A DNA stretch of 62,879 bases from a virus (Duplodnaviria > Caudoviricetes), in the IMG/VR virus record IMGVR_UViG_3300031965_000026, positions 1 to 62,879 of that record. One strand, written 5' to 3'. Position numbers and translations under genes: made by a program. A model generated the notes under the pieces. It made no database searches and was not told where the DNA came from. It saw only the letters and a list, made by a program, of their open reading frames with translations. Position 1 is the stretch's first letter. The number at the start of each line of letters is the position of its first letter. Below, in pieces: positions 50,282-59,319 of this stretch.

Positions 50282-51351
50282 TCTTTCAGTAACTTCTTCT
50301 CCATCACGCGCTTGGCGTGGTTGTCAATGTGCTTGGGGGTGTACTTGTAGACGGGCTTCCCCTTGCTGTCCGTGTGGCTGAACTCCTTCTCTGGATGCTT
50401 CTCCTTCCACCGCGCTTTCACCGCGAGATAGAAGTCGTAATAGCCGGGACTCTTGGCCTTTATGAGGGGGCCGCCGAGCGTCCACATGACAGCGCGTCGC
50501 TCGGCCACGTAGCCGTGCTCGAGCGCTTCATCCCCCTTCACGCGACGCTGGCGCTCGCCGTAGATGACGGCGAGGCCCATGCGCTTCCAGAGCTTGGCGG
50601 GATTCGCGTAGCGCGAGAGATCGCCGGCCTCGCCAACGATCTGGCCGAGCCCGAACTCACCGAACCCCGGGACGGACTTCTGCCAGGCGTGCACCGGGAG
50701 CTGCTTCGCGAGCTTCTGGATCTCTCGGCGAATCGGCAGCCGGCTCTTTCGAATGACGCTCATCGCGATGGCCAGGGTCTCGGTTGTGAAAAAGGCGGCG
50801 CGCTCGGGATCGCTGTCGCTCCCAAGTTTCTTGACTGCCTCGGCAGTGCCTCGCTCGATCGCCTGGATCTGAAGATTCAGGCGTATCTCCGCGCGAAGAA
50901 GTTGCCTGTGTATGCGCTCCTTTTCGGCGATCTTGTCGATGAGTTTCGCGATGGCGGGGGCGGTCGATTTCTGGACATCAGAGCACTTCTGGCCCCCGTC
51001 ATCGCGAAAGGGATCTGCCGATGGGGCGCCTTGGTGCTGGACGTCAAGGACATCCTGGCCGCCATCGGCAGAAGAGGGCTCTGTCGGCGGAGCAATCGCG
51101 CCGTGGGCATCAGGGCATGCATGGCTTTCACCGACAGAACAGGGGTCTTCCGGCCGGGCACCCACACGCTGGTCGTCGGACGTCCAATGGCCTCGACCGG
51201 AAGAAAGGGGTTCCGCTGACCGGGCAGGCTGCCCTTGGGCGTCTGTACGACCCTGGCCTCGGTCAGCGGAAGAAGGGGCCGGCGGGACAGCCGCGGTGTA
51301 GGCATCGTAGGATGTGTGGTCGCCGCCGGCAAAATCGTTGGGACTAGTCAC
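50236..51351 (-). CDS. Nop-domain / IS110-related protein without RuvC (TasA-like)
   Basis: Coiled coil, SVPGFGEFGLGQIVGEAGDLSRYANPAKLWKRMGL, C-terminal AKRVMEKKLLKDLW; no DEDD domain and no IS110 SG serine motif seen. Confidence 0.8.
   Translation of the reverse strand: MTSPNDFAGGDHTSYDAYTAAVPPAPSSADRGQGRTDAQGQPARSAEPLSSGRGHWTSDDQRVGARPEDPCSVGESHACPDAHGAIAPPTEPSSADGGQDVLDVQHQGAPSADPFRDDGGQKCSDVQKSTAPAIAKLIDKIAEKERIHRQLLRAEIRLNLQIQAIERGTAEAVKKLGSDSDPERAAFFTTETLAIAMSVIRKSRLPIRREIQKLAKQLPVHAWQKSVPGFGEFGLGQIVGEAGDLSRYANPAKLWKRMGLAVIYGERQRRVKGDEALEHGYVAERRAVMWTLGGPLIKAKSPGYYDFYLAVKARWKEKHPEKEFSHTDSKGKPVYKYTPKHIDNHAKRVMEKKLLKDLWRAWRGHCTADAH
50944..51333 (-). repeat. TIGR-like stem-loop array, 6 dual-spacer units
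   Basis: Each unit: unique stem, RCCA, N9, (Y/A)GAYGNC(C/T)A, N9, YGYY, complementary stem; periods 63, 66, 66, 66, 66 nt. Confidence 0.85.
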
Positions 51352-51943
51352 GGTTCGCCTGCCTCTGGAGCTTCTCCAGCTCCTCCGGCGTGTACACGTC
51401 GCGCACCTTCTTGTTCGCCGAGAGCTTCTTGGCGATCAACGTGTAGAATCGGGCCTCGATCGCATTCGAGCGCGCCAGGGTCGAGTGCCCGTCGATCATC
51501 TGGCGTATCTCGACGATTGTCGCGTCACCCAGCGCTAGCCCTCCGGTTATCGGATGGTCGAACAACGTTTCCTCGCGCTCCTCGGCTATCTGCTCGCGAC
51601 CAGAGAGACGGCTCCGAAAGTGCTCCACCGTCGGTTTGTTGTCCGTCACGGAGCGCGCCTCGCTGCGCAATCTGGAGCGCTTGTGCCGATGGATCTCTCT
51701 AGCCACATTGCGAGACGATGCCATCAGCGCGGGCCGGGCGAGCGTCGTGAACAGGTCCTGGTCTTCCTCGATCCAGCGCTCGAACAGGTCGCAGGCTGCG
51801 TCCCAGTTGTCGTGCGCTTCATCCAGCGCGCGGGACATCACGGCGTGCATGGTTGCCTTGGGGCCGAAGCGCGGGGTGCTCTCAGACGAGTCACCACCGG
51901 ACGCGGCGGGGTCAACGCGATAGGCTTGTGCTTGCTCAGTCAT
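51344..51943 (-). CDS. Hypothetical protein coupled to the Tas-like gene
   Basis: GAGGAG RBS; stop overlaps the Tas start; same lower-GC block. Confidence 0.75.
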   Translation of the reverse strand: MTEQAQAYRVDPAASGGDSSESTPRFGPKATMHAVMSRALDEAHDNWDAACDLFERWIEEDQDLFTTLARPALMASSRNVAREIHRHKRSRLRSEARSVTDNKPTVEHFRSRLSGREQIAEEREETLFDHPITGGLALGDATIVEIRQMIDGHSTLARSNAIEARFYTLIAKKLSANKKVRDVYTPEELEKLQRQANRD

Positions 51944-51952
51944 CTCATCTCC

Positions 51953-52165
51953 TCAAAACGGGATCAACGGCACCCACTCGGGGCACCCCTCGGCCTGCGC
52001 CTCACTCGGCACCGGTTGTTCCCACCTCTTGCAGTACCCGCCGGCCTGCTCCGCGTCGAAGTAGTCGCACTCGGCCATGCCGCCGTGCGTGCACGGCGTC
52101 ACGACGGGCAGCGATTCGATCAGCTCAATTAGTTGCTGACGCTTGTCTGGAGTGAACGGTCCCAT
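51953..52165 (-). CDS. Small Cys-rich protein
   Basis: C..ECDYF....GYCKRW...GCPEW..LIPF. Confidence 0.6.
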   Translation of the reverse strand: MGPFTPDKRQQLIELIESLPVVTPCTHGGMAECDYFDAEQAGGYCKRWEQPVPSEAQAEGCPEWVPLIPF

Positions 52166-53756
52166 CCTCGGTCCTCCATTGATAGCTCTCTATTTTTGGA
52201 TACTTACCGGCAATGCGTACCCAGATGGCTTCCGGTTCGCGCAACTTGTTTCCGTCGATACTCAACCAAAGAAGCGCTTCTTCAACCGAGCCTGGAACCA
52301 GAGAGATGGAACGCTCTTGCCACCAACGTTCAGCGCGATAGCGTGCGTAGTTGGTTTGGTCGTGAGAAAGCGCTATCCATTCCCGATACACGATCAGCCC
52401 GCAGTGATAGTCTACGCGCAGGGTGGGTATCCCGCTTTTGCCCTCGTGACGGTGATACGACACCCGGTCGACCGGCACCCGCTCGGGCGGCTGGGAGAGG
52501 ATGGCAAGCTCCGTCGGCTTGTCATCATGCGGAGCGTCGCCGGCCGACGACTCCCACTGGTAGCCGCAGCTCGGGCAGAGCATCACCGAGAGGAGCACGA
52601 TCTCGTCGCACGTCGGGCACACCTTCGTCGGCGCCGCACCCGGCTCGCGGGGCCTTGCGCCCTTGACGTCGATCGCGTCGATCGGCCCGTGCTCTGCAAT
52701 ATTTCCAGCGAAGTCGAGCACGAGGCAGTCTTGCTTTCGCGGGTGGATCCGAAGCCCGCGTCCCACAAACTGGTAGTAGAGCCCCGCGCTCTTCGTGGGG
52801 CGCAGCATGATCACCGCGTCGATGTGCGGCGCGTCATAGCCCTCGCTCAGCACGTTGACGTTCACCAGCGCCGGGATCTTCCCCGTCTGGTGGTTGCGGA
52901 TATGCCGGTCCCGCTCCTCCCTGGGCGTCTCGGAGGACACCACGGGTGCGGTAACGCCCAGCGCGAAAAGCGCACGGCTGATCTGGTGCGCATGTTCGAT
53001 ACCGGCACAGAACACGAGCCAGGCGCGCCGATTGGCGCAGCGATCCACGATCTCGCGTGCCGTGCGCTCGACCAGATCGCCGGCGGTGACCGCGCGCTCG
53101 AGCTCGTCGGCCCGATACTCGCCGCCCCGGACGTGGACGCTGCCGAGCTCGGCGTGGGCCTTCGTCGCTTTCGATGTAAGCCTGCATAGATACCCCTCCT
53201 CGATCAACTGACGAATGGGCGCCTCGTAGGCAATCGCGTTCAGGATGTAGCTGGGGCCGACGACCATCCCGGGCCCGAGCCGGTACGGGGTCGCCGTGAA
53301 GCCGATGACGCGCAAGTGCGGCGTCTGCGCCTTCGCCTCGGCGATGAAGCGGCGGTACACACCCTCGCCCGCGAGCGGGATTCGGTGCGCCTCGTCGACG
53401 AAGATCAAATCGAGCGGCCCGATCTCAGCCGCCCGGCGATAGACGCTCTGAATCGAAGCAAAGATGATCGGGCTCTGCGTATCACGATACCCGAGCCCGG
53501 CCGAGTACACGCCCATCGGCGCCTCGGGCCAGTGCACGGCGAGTTTCTCAGCGTTCTGACGGACTAATTCGCGAGTATGAGCAAGGATGCAGATCCGCGT
53601 GCTCGGCCACTGCGTGAGGTACTCGCGCACCATCTCTGCGAAGACGACACTTTTTCCCGACCCGGTCGGGAGAACTATGCAGGCGTTATCAGCGTGCGCC
53701 CTCATATAAGCGTTCACCGCGTCGATGGATTCCCGCTGATATGCCCTAATCTGCAC
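52125..53756 (-). CDS. SF2 DEAH helicase with C-terminal Zn ribbon (RadD-like)
   Basis: LPTGSGKS, VDEAH, GFTATP, QFVGRGLR, CPTC..CPSCG. Confidence 0.92.
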   Translation of the reverse strand: MQIRAYQRESIDAVNAYMRAHADNACIVLPTGSGKSVVFAEMVREYLTQWPSTRICILAHTRELVRQNAEKLAVHWPEAPMGVYSAGLGYRDTQSPIIFASIQSVYRRAAEIGPLDLIFVDEAHRIPLAGEGVYRRFIAEAKAQTPHLRVIGFTATPYRLGPGMVVGPSYILNAIAYEAPIRQLIEEGYLCRLTSKATKAHAELGSVHVRGGEYRADELERAVTAGDLVERTAREIVDRCANRRAWLVFCAGIEHAHQISRALFALGVTAPVVSSETPREERDRHIRNHQTGKIPALVNVNVLSEGYDAPHIDAVIMLRPTKSAGLYYQFVGRGLRIHPRKQDCLVLDFAGNIAEHGPIDAIDVKGARPREPGAAPTKVCPTCDEIVLLSVMLCPSCGYQWESSAGDAPHDDKPTELAILSQPPERVPVDRVSYHRHEGKSGIPTLRVDYHCGLIVYREWIALSHDQTNYARYRAERWWQERSISLVPGSVEEALLWLSIDGNKLREPEAIWVRIAGKYPKIESYQWRTEDGTVHSRQASATN

Positions 53757-54501
53757 GCTTGAGTTCTCGGTAGCACGACTTGCAGGTATACCCATGGCCG
53801 TCAGGCGACCTTGGGTGTCGGTAGAACTCAGAGAGGGGCTTGATCTCGTCGCATCGACCGCACGGCTTTTCCGTGCGCAGTCTCATCCATTCGTTGTTCT
53901 TGATTCTGGCCTCTTGAAGCTCGGGCGCGTGATGGCGCGAATGCTCGGAACGAGACATTATTTCGAGGTTTTTCGGATCGTTGTTATGCTTGTTCCCGTC
54001 CTTGTGGTGAACCACCTCATCAGATCTGAGCTTTCTGCCGAGGACACCCTCTATCACAGCACGATGCTCGTGGCGACCAAACAGCTTACGGTAGGTCGTG
54101 GGTTTGACTGATTCGACTCGACTCAATTGCGCCTCGCGAGAGTTAGCCCGACGAACAGACTCCGGCGTGATGTAGTGCGGGTCGCCGTACCGGCGAAGAC
54201 GCTGAGTGTGCAGTCCGCAGTAGTGCTTTCCGCCTTTCTCTGTGGTCCTTTCGCAGCCGGGTACGGCACACTTCTTTGGTGGCTTTTTCCTGGCCCTCCC
54301 TCGGATGCTCGATTGCTCTGCGGCAAGGCAGCCGCACGATCGGGTCCGCCCACCACGAAGTTGCGAGCCAGCCACTAGGGCGTCCTTTCCGCAATCGCAC
54401 TGGCACACCCAGTACACACCGCCATCACGCCCTCGCTTGCCGCTGTCCGCCAACACGACCAGACGCTCGAAGCGTTGACCGACAATGTCATGCCTGTTCA
54501 T
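53746..54501 (-). CDS. HNH homing endonuclease
   Basis: GQRFERLVV, WVCQCDCG, SCGC, HEHRAV..VHHKDGNKHNNDPKNL. Confidence 0.9.
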   Translation of the reverse strand: MNRHDIVGQRFERLVVLADSGKRGRDGGVYWVCQCDCGKDALVAGSQLRGGRTRSCGCLAAEQSSIRGRARKKPPKKCAVPGCERTTEKGGKHYCGLHTQRLRRYGDPHYITPESVRRANSREAQLSRVESVKPTTYRKLFGRHEHRAVIEGVLGRKLRSDEVVHHKDGNKHNNDPKNLEIMSRSEHSRHHAPELQEARIKNNEWMRLRTEKPCGRCDEIKPLSEFYRHPRSPDGHGYTCKSCYRELKRAD

Positions 54502-54655
54502 AGCCGCCCCACCACCTGCTCCGCCTCCCAGTTCGTCCCGTGCCGGGACCGCCATACCGCGTGAGCGGCCTCCCACACCGCAATGTCGGTCGCTGTGCGC
54601 AGCACTCGCTCGAGATCCTCGTCGGTCATGAGCTCGAGGTAGTAGCGATCGACGC

Positions 54656-55714
54656 TCACCCCGTCACCCTCCCGCCGAGCTGCTCGCGCACCTCCTGAAC
54701 GAACCCATCAAGCAGGATTCGCACGTCGCCCGCATGGTGCGCGGCAAGGAGTTCACCGCTCTCGAATGCGTTCGACTCACGGGAGCCGTTGCGCAAGCAC
54801 TCGCCCCCCGGAAGCCGATATTCGACCCAGTTCTCGACGGGGTTCGCGTCGACCTGCGTCCAGGGGACGAGCGCCGGGATGTACACGTGTTGGTGGCAGC
54901 CGCGCTCGGCCATCTCGGGGGGAATGTCCACCTGGTATTTCTCGCACACCCATCGGGCATTACCGTCGAGCGCGGGGGTTGAATGTGCACACGATCTGCA
55001 CGTCACCTCCGGAAGAGCCCCCTCGTGGCAGACGCCCCGGTGGTTGCACCACTTGCAGAGATAGAACTCGGGCTTCTCGGAGATCCGCTCGAGCGGCGTG
55101 GGGGACTCCACCACCAGGCGGGCCTTGGCCACCAGCACGTCGGCCGCGTTCGCGTCGTAGTGGATGCGCTCGAGGTAGATATCGTCGTTGTCCTTGGACA
55201 CCGCGATGTAGGCCGCGCGCTTCAGCCCGCTCCACTTCATGTAGAGCTGCATTTGAAACCAGTGCTCTGGCTTGGCCGCCTTCACGCCCTTGTCCTGCAG
55301 GGCGCGGAAGCTCTTCAGGTTGTGGGTCTTAAACTCGAGCACGTGAAGCGTCTTCGGCGCCTCCTCGAGCCCGAGCGCTTGAGCGTCCATGGAGCCCCCG
55401 ACGTGTCCGCCGACGTCGGAGAAGTAGAACTGCCGGCCCGTCTCGGGGTCCCGGTCCTGCACCTCGATGCCCGCGGCGCGCAGGTCGGCCACGAGCTGCG
55501 CCTCCTCGAGCTGGCCGCGGCGGAAGAGCCGCAGCGTGTGCCCGGAGTGCCGAGCGCGAGTCGCCCAGCGGAAGGTGAACCACAACGCTCGGCGGCACTC
55601 GCCGCCGAGCAGAGACGCCCCGAGGTGCCGGCGGAAGCCGGACTCCTGCCCGGCCTCGAGGGCGTCGTACAGCCGCGAGACCGTCGTCGTCTCGCGTGGT
55701 GGCAGCTCGGCCAT
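54656..55714 (-). CDS. Cas4-like PD-(D/E)XK exonuclease
   Basis: HLGASLLG.EC.R.LW, LEFKTH, QMQLYM, CKWC. Confidence 0.85.
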   Translation of the reverse strand: MAELPPRETTTVSRLYDALEAGQESGFRRHLGASLLGGECRRALWFTFRWATRARHSGHTLRLFRRGQLEEAQLVADLRAAGIEVQDRDPETGRQFYFSDVGGHVGGSMDAQALGLEEAPKTLHVLEFKTHNLKSFRALQDKGVKAAKPEHWFQMQLYMKWSGLKRAAYIAVSKDNDDIYLERIHYDANAADVLVAKARLVVESPTPLERISEKPEFYLCKWCNHRGVCHEGALPEVTCRSCAHSTPALDGNARWVCEKYQVDIPPEMAERGCHQHVYIPALVPWTQVDANPVENWVEYRLPGGECLRNGSRESNAFESGELLAAHHAGDVRILLDGFVQEVREQLGGRVTG

Positions 55715-56230
55715 CTACTTCCGCAGCCAGGGCGGGGCAGAGCCACCATTGCTCGCCGCAGCCTTCGGTGCCGCGGCTTTCGATGCCGCCGTCCGAGCAG
55801 CGGCCGGCTGAGTGGCAGGCGCCCCGCCCGCGAGCGGCTCGTAGCCGCCCATCTCGTTCTTGGCGTCGTACTGACCGTCGGCCGGAACGAACTTCACGCG
55901 CCCGAGGAAGGGCTTGCCGTGGAGCTGCACGCTGTCCGCCGGGTTCATCACACCCGTCGCCCGGCAGATGGCGGAGAGCGTGCGCTGGGCGATCTCGACC
56001 GCCGTCGGGTTCTTGTTGACGAGGTTCAGGCGCTCCCACACCTTGCGCCCCTTGTACTCACCGTCGAGCACCTCGACGACGAGCTGCAGGTACTGGCCGT
56101 CGCCGCCTTTCGTCGGCTTCATCTCGGACTCGACGAACGTCATCGGGTACTTGCCCGCCGGAATGGGATCGAAGGTCTGGGTGGGATCGACGTCTGCGGC
56201 GTTGAATGCGCCACCAGGTAGTGCGGCCAT
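55715..56230 (-). CDS. DUF669-like ssDNA-binding protein
   Basis: FDPIPAGKY, GEYKGRKVWERLNL, C-terminal PPW. Confidence 0.85.
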   Translation of the reverse strand: MAALPGGAFNAADVDPTQTFDPIPAGKYPMTFVESEMKPTKGGDGQYLQLVVEVLDGEYKGRKVWERLNLVNKNPTAVEIAQRTLSAICRATGVMNPADSVQLHGKPFLGRVKFVPADGQYDAKNEMGGYEPLAGGAPATQPAAARTAASKAAAPKAAASNGGSAPPWLRK

Positions 56231-56257
56231 GAGTAGGCTCCTTGGGTGGGTGGGTGG

Positions 56258-57049
56258 TTAGTCGGCCGCCTGTTCGGAGGCCTCAGATGCTTGCTCGGGC
56301 TCGGCCTCAGCCCCGCCCAGCGCCGCCTGGAACGCGGCCCAGGACAAGGGGAGCTCGGGGGGCAGGCTGTAGCGGTTGCCGGCCTTGAACGCGGGGCGCT
56401 CCTCGGTGAACAACAGCCGCTCGCCGACGCCGACGCCGCGCGTGACGGACTTGTTGAAACCGACATCCGTTTTCTGAACATAGGTGCGGTAGTTGGCGAA
56501 CAGGACGGCGTCCGCCCACTCCTCGAGGAGCGCGGCTGCGCGTGGCTGGAGCTTGATCTGATAGCGATCGAAGGGATCGGTGTCCGGCGCGTCGAACCGC
56601 TTGATCTCGGCGTGGGCGAGGAACACGACGCACATGCCGCGCTCGGCACGCAGTGCGTTGGCGCCGGCCAGGACCTCGCGCCAGACGTCGAGCGCGGCGA
56701 GGTAGCCTTTCCCGTAGCCCGGGCTTTCCACATCCTGCCACCCCTTGCGCCGGCAGATCTCGCGCCAGACGATCGGCTCGAGCCAGTCGGCGGAGTCAAC
56801 GACAACCGTCGCGTACTCGTGCTCCTCTTGATAGAGCGCGCCCAGCGCCTCGATCACCTGGGCGTATTCGGTGAGCACCGGGAAGTGGGGGACGTCCAGG
56901 CGGCCGATGCCCTCCTCGGTCGAAATGACGATGGGCGAGGGTGCGCCCGCGCCGAACGTGGTCTTGCCGATCTTGTGCGGGCCGTAGACGATGATCCGCG
57001 GCGGTGCCATCACGGGGTCGCGGGAGATGCTCTTCAGATCAATGGCCAT
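56258..57049 (-). CDS. AAA_24 / Sak4-like ATPase
   Basis: YGPHKIGKTT, VVVDSADWLE, GYGKGY, EWADAVLFANY. Confidence 0.88.
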   Translation of the reverse strand: MAIDLKSISRDPVMAPPRIIVYGPHKIGKTTFGAGAPSPIVISTEEGIGRLDVPHFPVLTEYAQVIEALGALYQEEHEYATVVVDSADWLEPIVWREICRRKGWQDVESPGYGKGYLAALDVWREVLAGANALRAERGMCVVFLAHAEIKRFDAPDTDPFDRYQIKLQPRAAALLEEWADAVLFANYRTYVQKTDVGFNKSVTRGVGVGERLLFTEERPAFKAGNRYSLPPELPLSWAAFQAALGGAEAEPEQASEASEQAAD

Positions 57050-57227
57050 GGCTATGCCTCCTCCTTCTCTGGGTTGAGGGCGACGGCGATATTCCGCCAG
57101 TACGTGCGCTCCTCGCGCAGGCGCCCGACGCAGGTCGCGAGGTCCTCGTGGTAGTGGCGGCCCAAGGCTTTGTACGAGAGCTCGTGCGGCCGGATAGGCA
57201 GGGTGCACCACTGGCAAAGCGGCTCGT

Positions 57228-58469
57228 TCACGGGTGATGCTCCCCTTCGATGCGGCGAAGAAGGGCACGGGCGCGCTTTTCGACCCCCGCAAGGCTAGAC
57301 ATCGGGTTCCCGCCTTCGCCGAGAATCATCTGCACGATCTCGAGCAATTCCGGCGCGGCGGCGATGAGGCGGGCGTTTGCCAGGACTTCGTCGGCCGGGC
57401 GTCGCCCACTCAGGCCATCCCGGCCGCGCAGCCAACCGAGGATTGCCACCGCGCCCCCGTCTGGCGCGCGGACACGGATCGCTTCTTCGGGCTCTGCCGT
57501 CCACGGCCCCGGTGTGTGCTTGCTCATCCACGCTCATCCATCAGCGCCTCGGCCGCGCGCTCGGCCGACTGGGCCACATGCCAGTCGTAGCACCGGTGCG
57601 CGAGGCTGCGGGCGATGTCGCCGGCGAGGCTGCGAACGGTCGCGTACGGCAGGCCGGGCGGGCAGGCCACGATCTTGTCCACGAGCAGGTCGTGGATCGC
57701 CTGCAATGCCTCCGGGCCGTCGCCCAGTTGCAGGGACCGCCTCAGATGCTCGATCCCATCCTCGCGCGCCTGCGCGTCCTCCGCGGCGTGGTCGGTGAGC
57801 GAGGGCTCGGAGCGAAGGGTGGTCACGCCGACACCTCTTCCCGAACTGAGACTGTCGGCTTGGAGGGGGTAAGGACCAAGGCGGTTCGGATCTTCTTCCA
57901 GAGCTCGGGGAACCGCTCCTGCACGACCTTTGACATCTTCGCGTCCTCCTTCCACTCGACGCGGAAGGGGAAGTAGGCGTGGTCGATCTCCTGGGCGAAG
58001 GCGGCAAGGTCGGGCTGGGACCATTTGCGTGCCAGCTTCGTTACCACCTTCACCGGCCCCACGCTGGTCGTCCCCTCCTCGCGGAGCAGGGGGGCCACCT
58101 CGGGGTGCGCGAGGATGGTGGTTTCGATCTCGAGACGACGGTCGCGAGCCGCGGTCTCGCGCGCCTTCGCCTCGAGCAGGGCGGTGGCCAGGTCGAGCAG
58201 GGTCGGTGCGTTGGTGGCTGGCTGTCTCATGGGGTGGCTCCTTCGGTGGTGTTGAACAACGCCCGCCATTGCTCGGGCGTGAGGTACCAAGGCGAACGAG
58301 AAAGCCCGGTCCGATGACCCTCGTAGGTCCAGGGCGGGGGCCCGGCACGCAAGCAATCGACGCAGAGCACATGCCTCGTTTCCTGGCGCATCGGGGTGCG
58401 CCGGTCGCTGCCGCGTAGCGGCCGCTCACAGAAGTCGCAGTGGGTCGGCTTGGAGGTTGGTTGGCTCAT
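57228..58469 (-). other. Early-left small genes (57228-57527, 57524-57826, 57823-58230, 58227-58469)
   Basis: HTPGPW...ANARLIAAAPELL phage motif in the first; coupled ORFs. Confidence 0.65.
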
Positions 58470-58572
58470 TCGGTCGGTCGCTGGTTCGGTTGTTCGCTCG
58501 CTCAGTGGTGCCCGGCGGCGAAGGCGGTGCCGCCGGGCGGTGCGACGGCCCGGCCGCCCCCGGGTGAGGGAG

Positions 58573-58613
58573 AGTATACACGCCAGCGTGTAAATGGCAA
58601 CACGCAGACGTGT
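58573..58613 (-). promoter_or_regulatory. pL-like promoter with two operators
   Basis: ACACGCCAGCGTGT at 58578 and ACACGCAGACGTGT at 58600; TTGCCA and TATACT on the minus strand. Confidence 0.75.
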
Positions 58614-58665
58614 ATTTTTTGGCGACGCTAGAGACCGAAGGTCCGGCGGGACGGTTCAGGCGATG

Positions 58666-58995
58666 TCAGGGGTACTCGACGAGCTCGCGCAGGGCCTGGC
58701 GTCGTTCCTGTGACAGCGAGTTACCCAGCCGCAACCATTCGCGCTCGGCGAGCGACAGATCGGCATGCTCGAACATTGGACCTTCCCCGAAGTACAGCCA
58801 CTGGATGCGTACATCCAGCACCTGCGCGACGAAAGGCCAATAGACCGAACCCGAGTCCTTGTCTCTCTCCATAGCACTGAGTCGTTGCTGCTTGAAGTTT
58901 TCGCCGCCTGGGAGCCGCTGAACAGCGGCGATGACGGGTCCCTGCTTGAGGCCGCGAGCATCCCGAGCTTGCTTCAATCGGGCGCCTTTGGTCAC
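58666..58995 (-). CDS. CI-like XRE repressor
   Basis: RLKQARDARGLKQ...LSAMER...VAQVLDV..QWLYFGEGPM; divergent from Cro. Confidence 0.8.
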   Translation of the reverse strand: MTKGARLKQARDARGLKQGPVIAAVQRLPGGENFKQQRLSAMERDKDSGSVYWPFVAQVLDVRIQWLYFGEGPMFEHADLSLAEREWLRLGNSLSQERRQALRELVEYP

Positions 58996-59007
58996 GCCGG
59001 ACAGACT

Positions 59008-59073
59008 ACGCGCCAGCGTGTTGGCGTCAAACACGCAGGCGTGTTGACGATTGCACACGCCTGCGTGTATAAC
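59008..59073 (+). promoter_or_regulatory. oR-like region: three operators and pR
   Basis: Palindromes at 59008, 59031 and 59055; TTGACG-18-TATAAC. Confidence 0.8.
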
Positions 59074-59079
59074 GGCTCC

Positions 59080-59319
59080 ATGAACAAGCCAATCGGGTCT
59101 GATGCGGTCAGGAAAGCGGCCGAGTTGGCGGGGGGGCAGCTTGCCCTCGCCAAGGCTGCCGGGGTCAAGCAGGGTCATATCTGGGCCTGGATCAACGAGC
59201 GCCCCATCCCCCCGGAGCACTGCGCGGCCGTGAGCGTCGCCGTCGACGGACAGGTCACGGTCGCGGAGCTGCGTCCGGACATCGCGCGGATCTTCGGCGA
59301 CGAGGAGACGGCGGCATGA
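59080..59319 (+). CDS. Cro/YdaS-like regulator
   Basis: AGGQLALAKAAGVKQGHIWAW...VTVAELRPD. Confidence 0.85.
   Translation: MNKPIGSDAVRKAAELAGGQLALAKAAGVKQGHIWAWINERPIPPEHCAAVSVAVDGQVTVAELRPDIARIFGDEETAA

Noticed and set aside
50944-51333. CRISPR array or simple protein repeat
   Set aside because: No constant 25-40 nt repeat; stems covary in DNA while the encoded amino acids differ, pointing to RNA structure
50236-51351. Active IS110 transposon
   Set aside because: No N-terminal DEDD/RuvC domain and no catalytic SG serine motif seen; the array architecture fits TIGR better
54656-55714. CRISPR-associated Cas4
   Set aside because: It sits in the standard phage Sak4-SSB-exonuclease-helicase module with no cas genes
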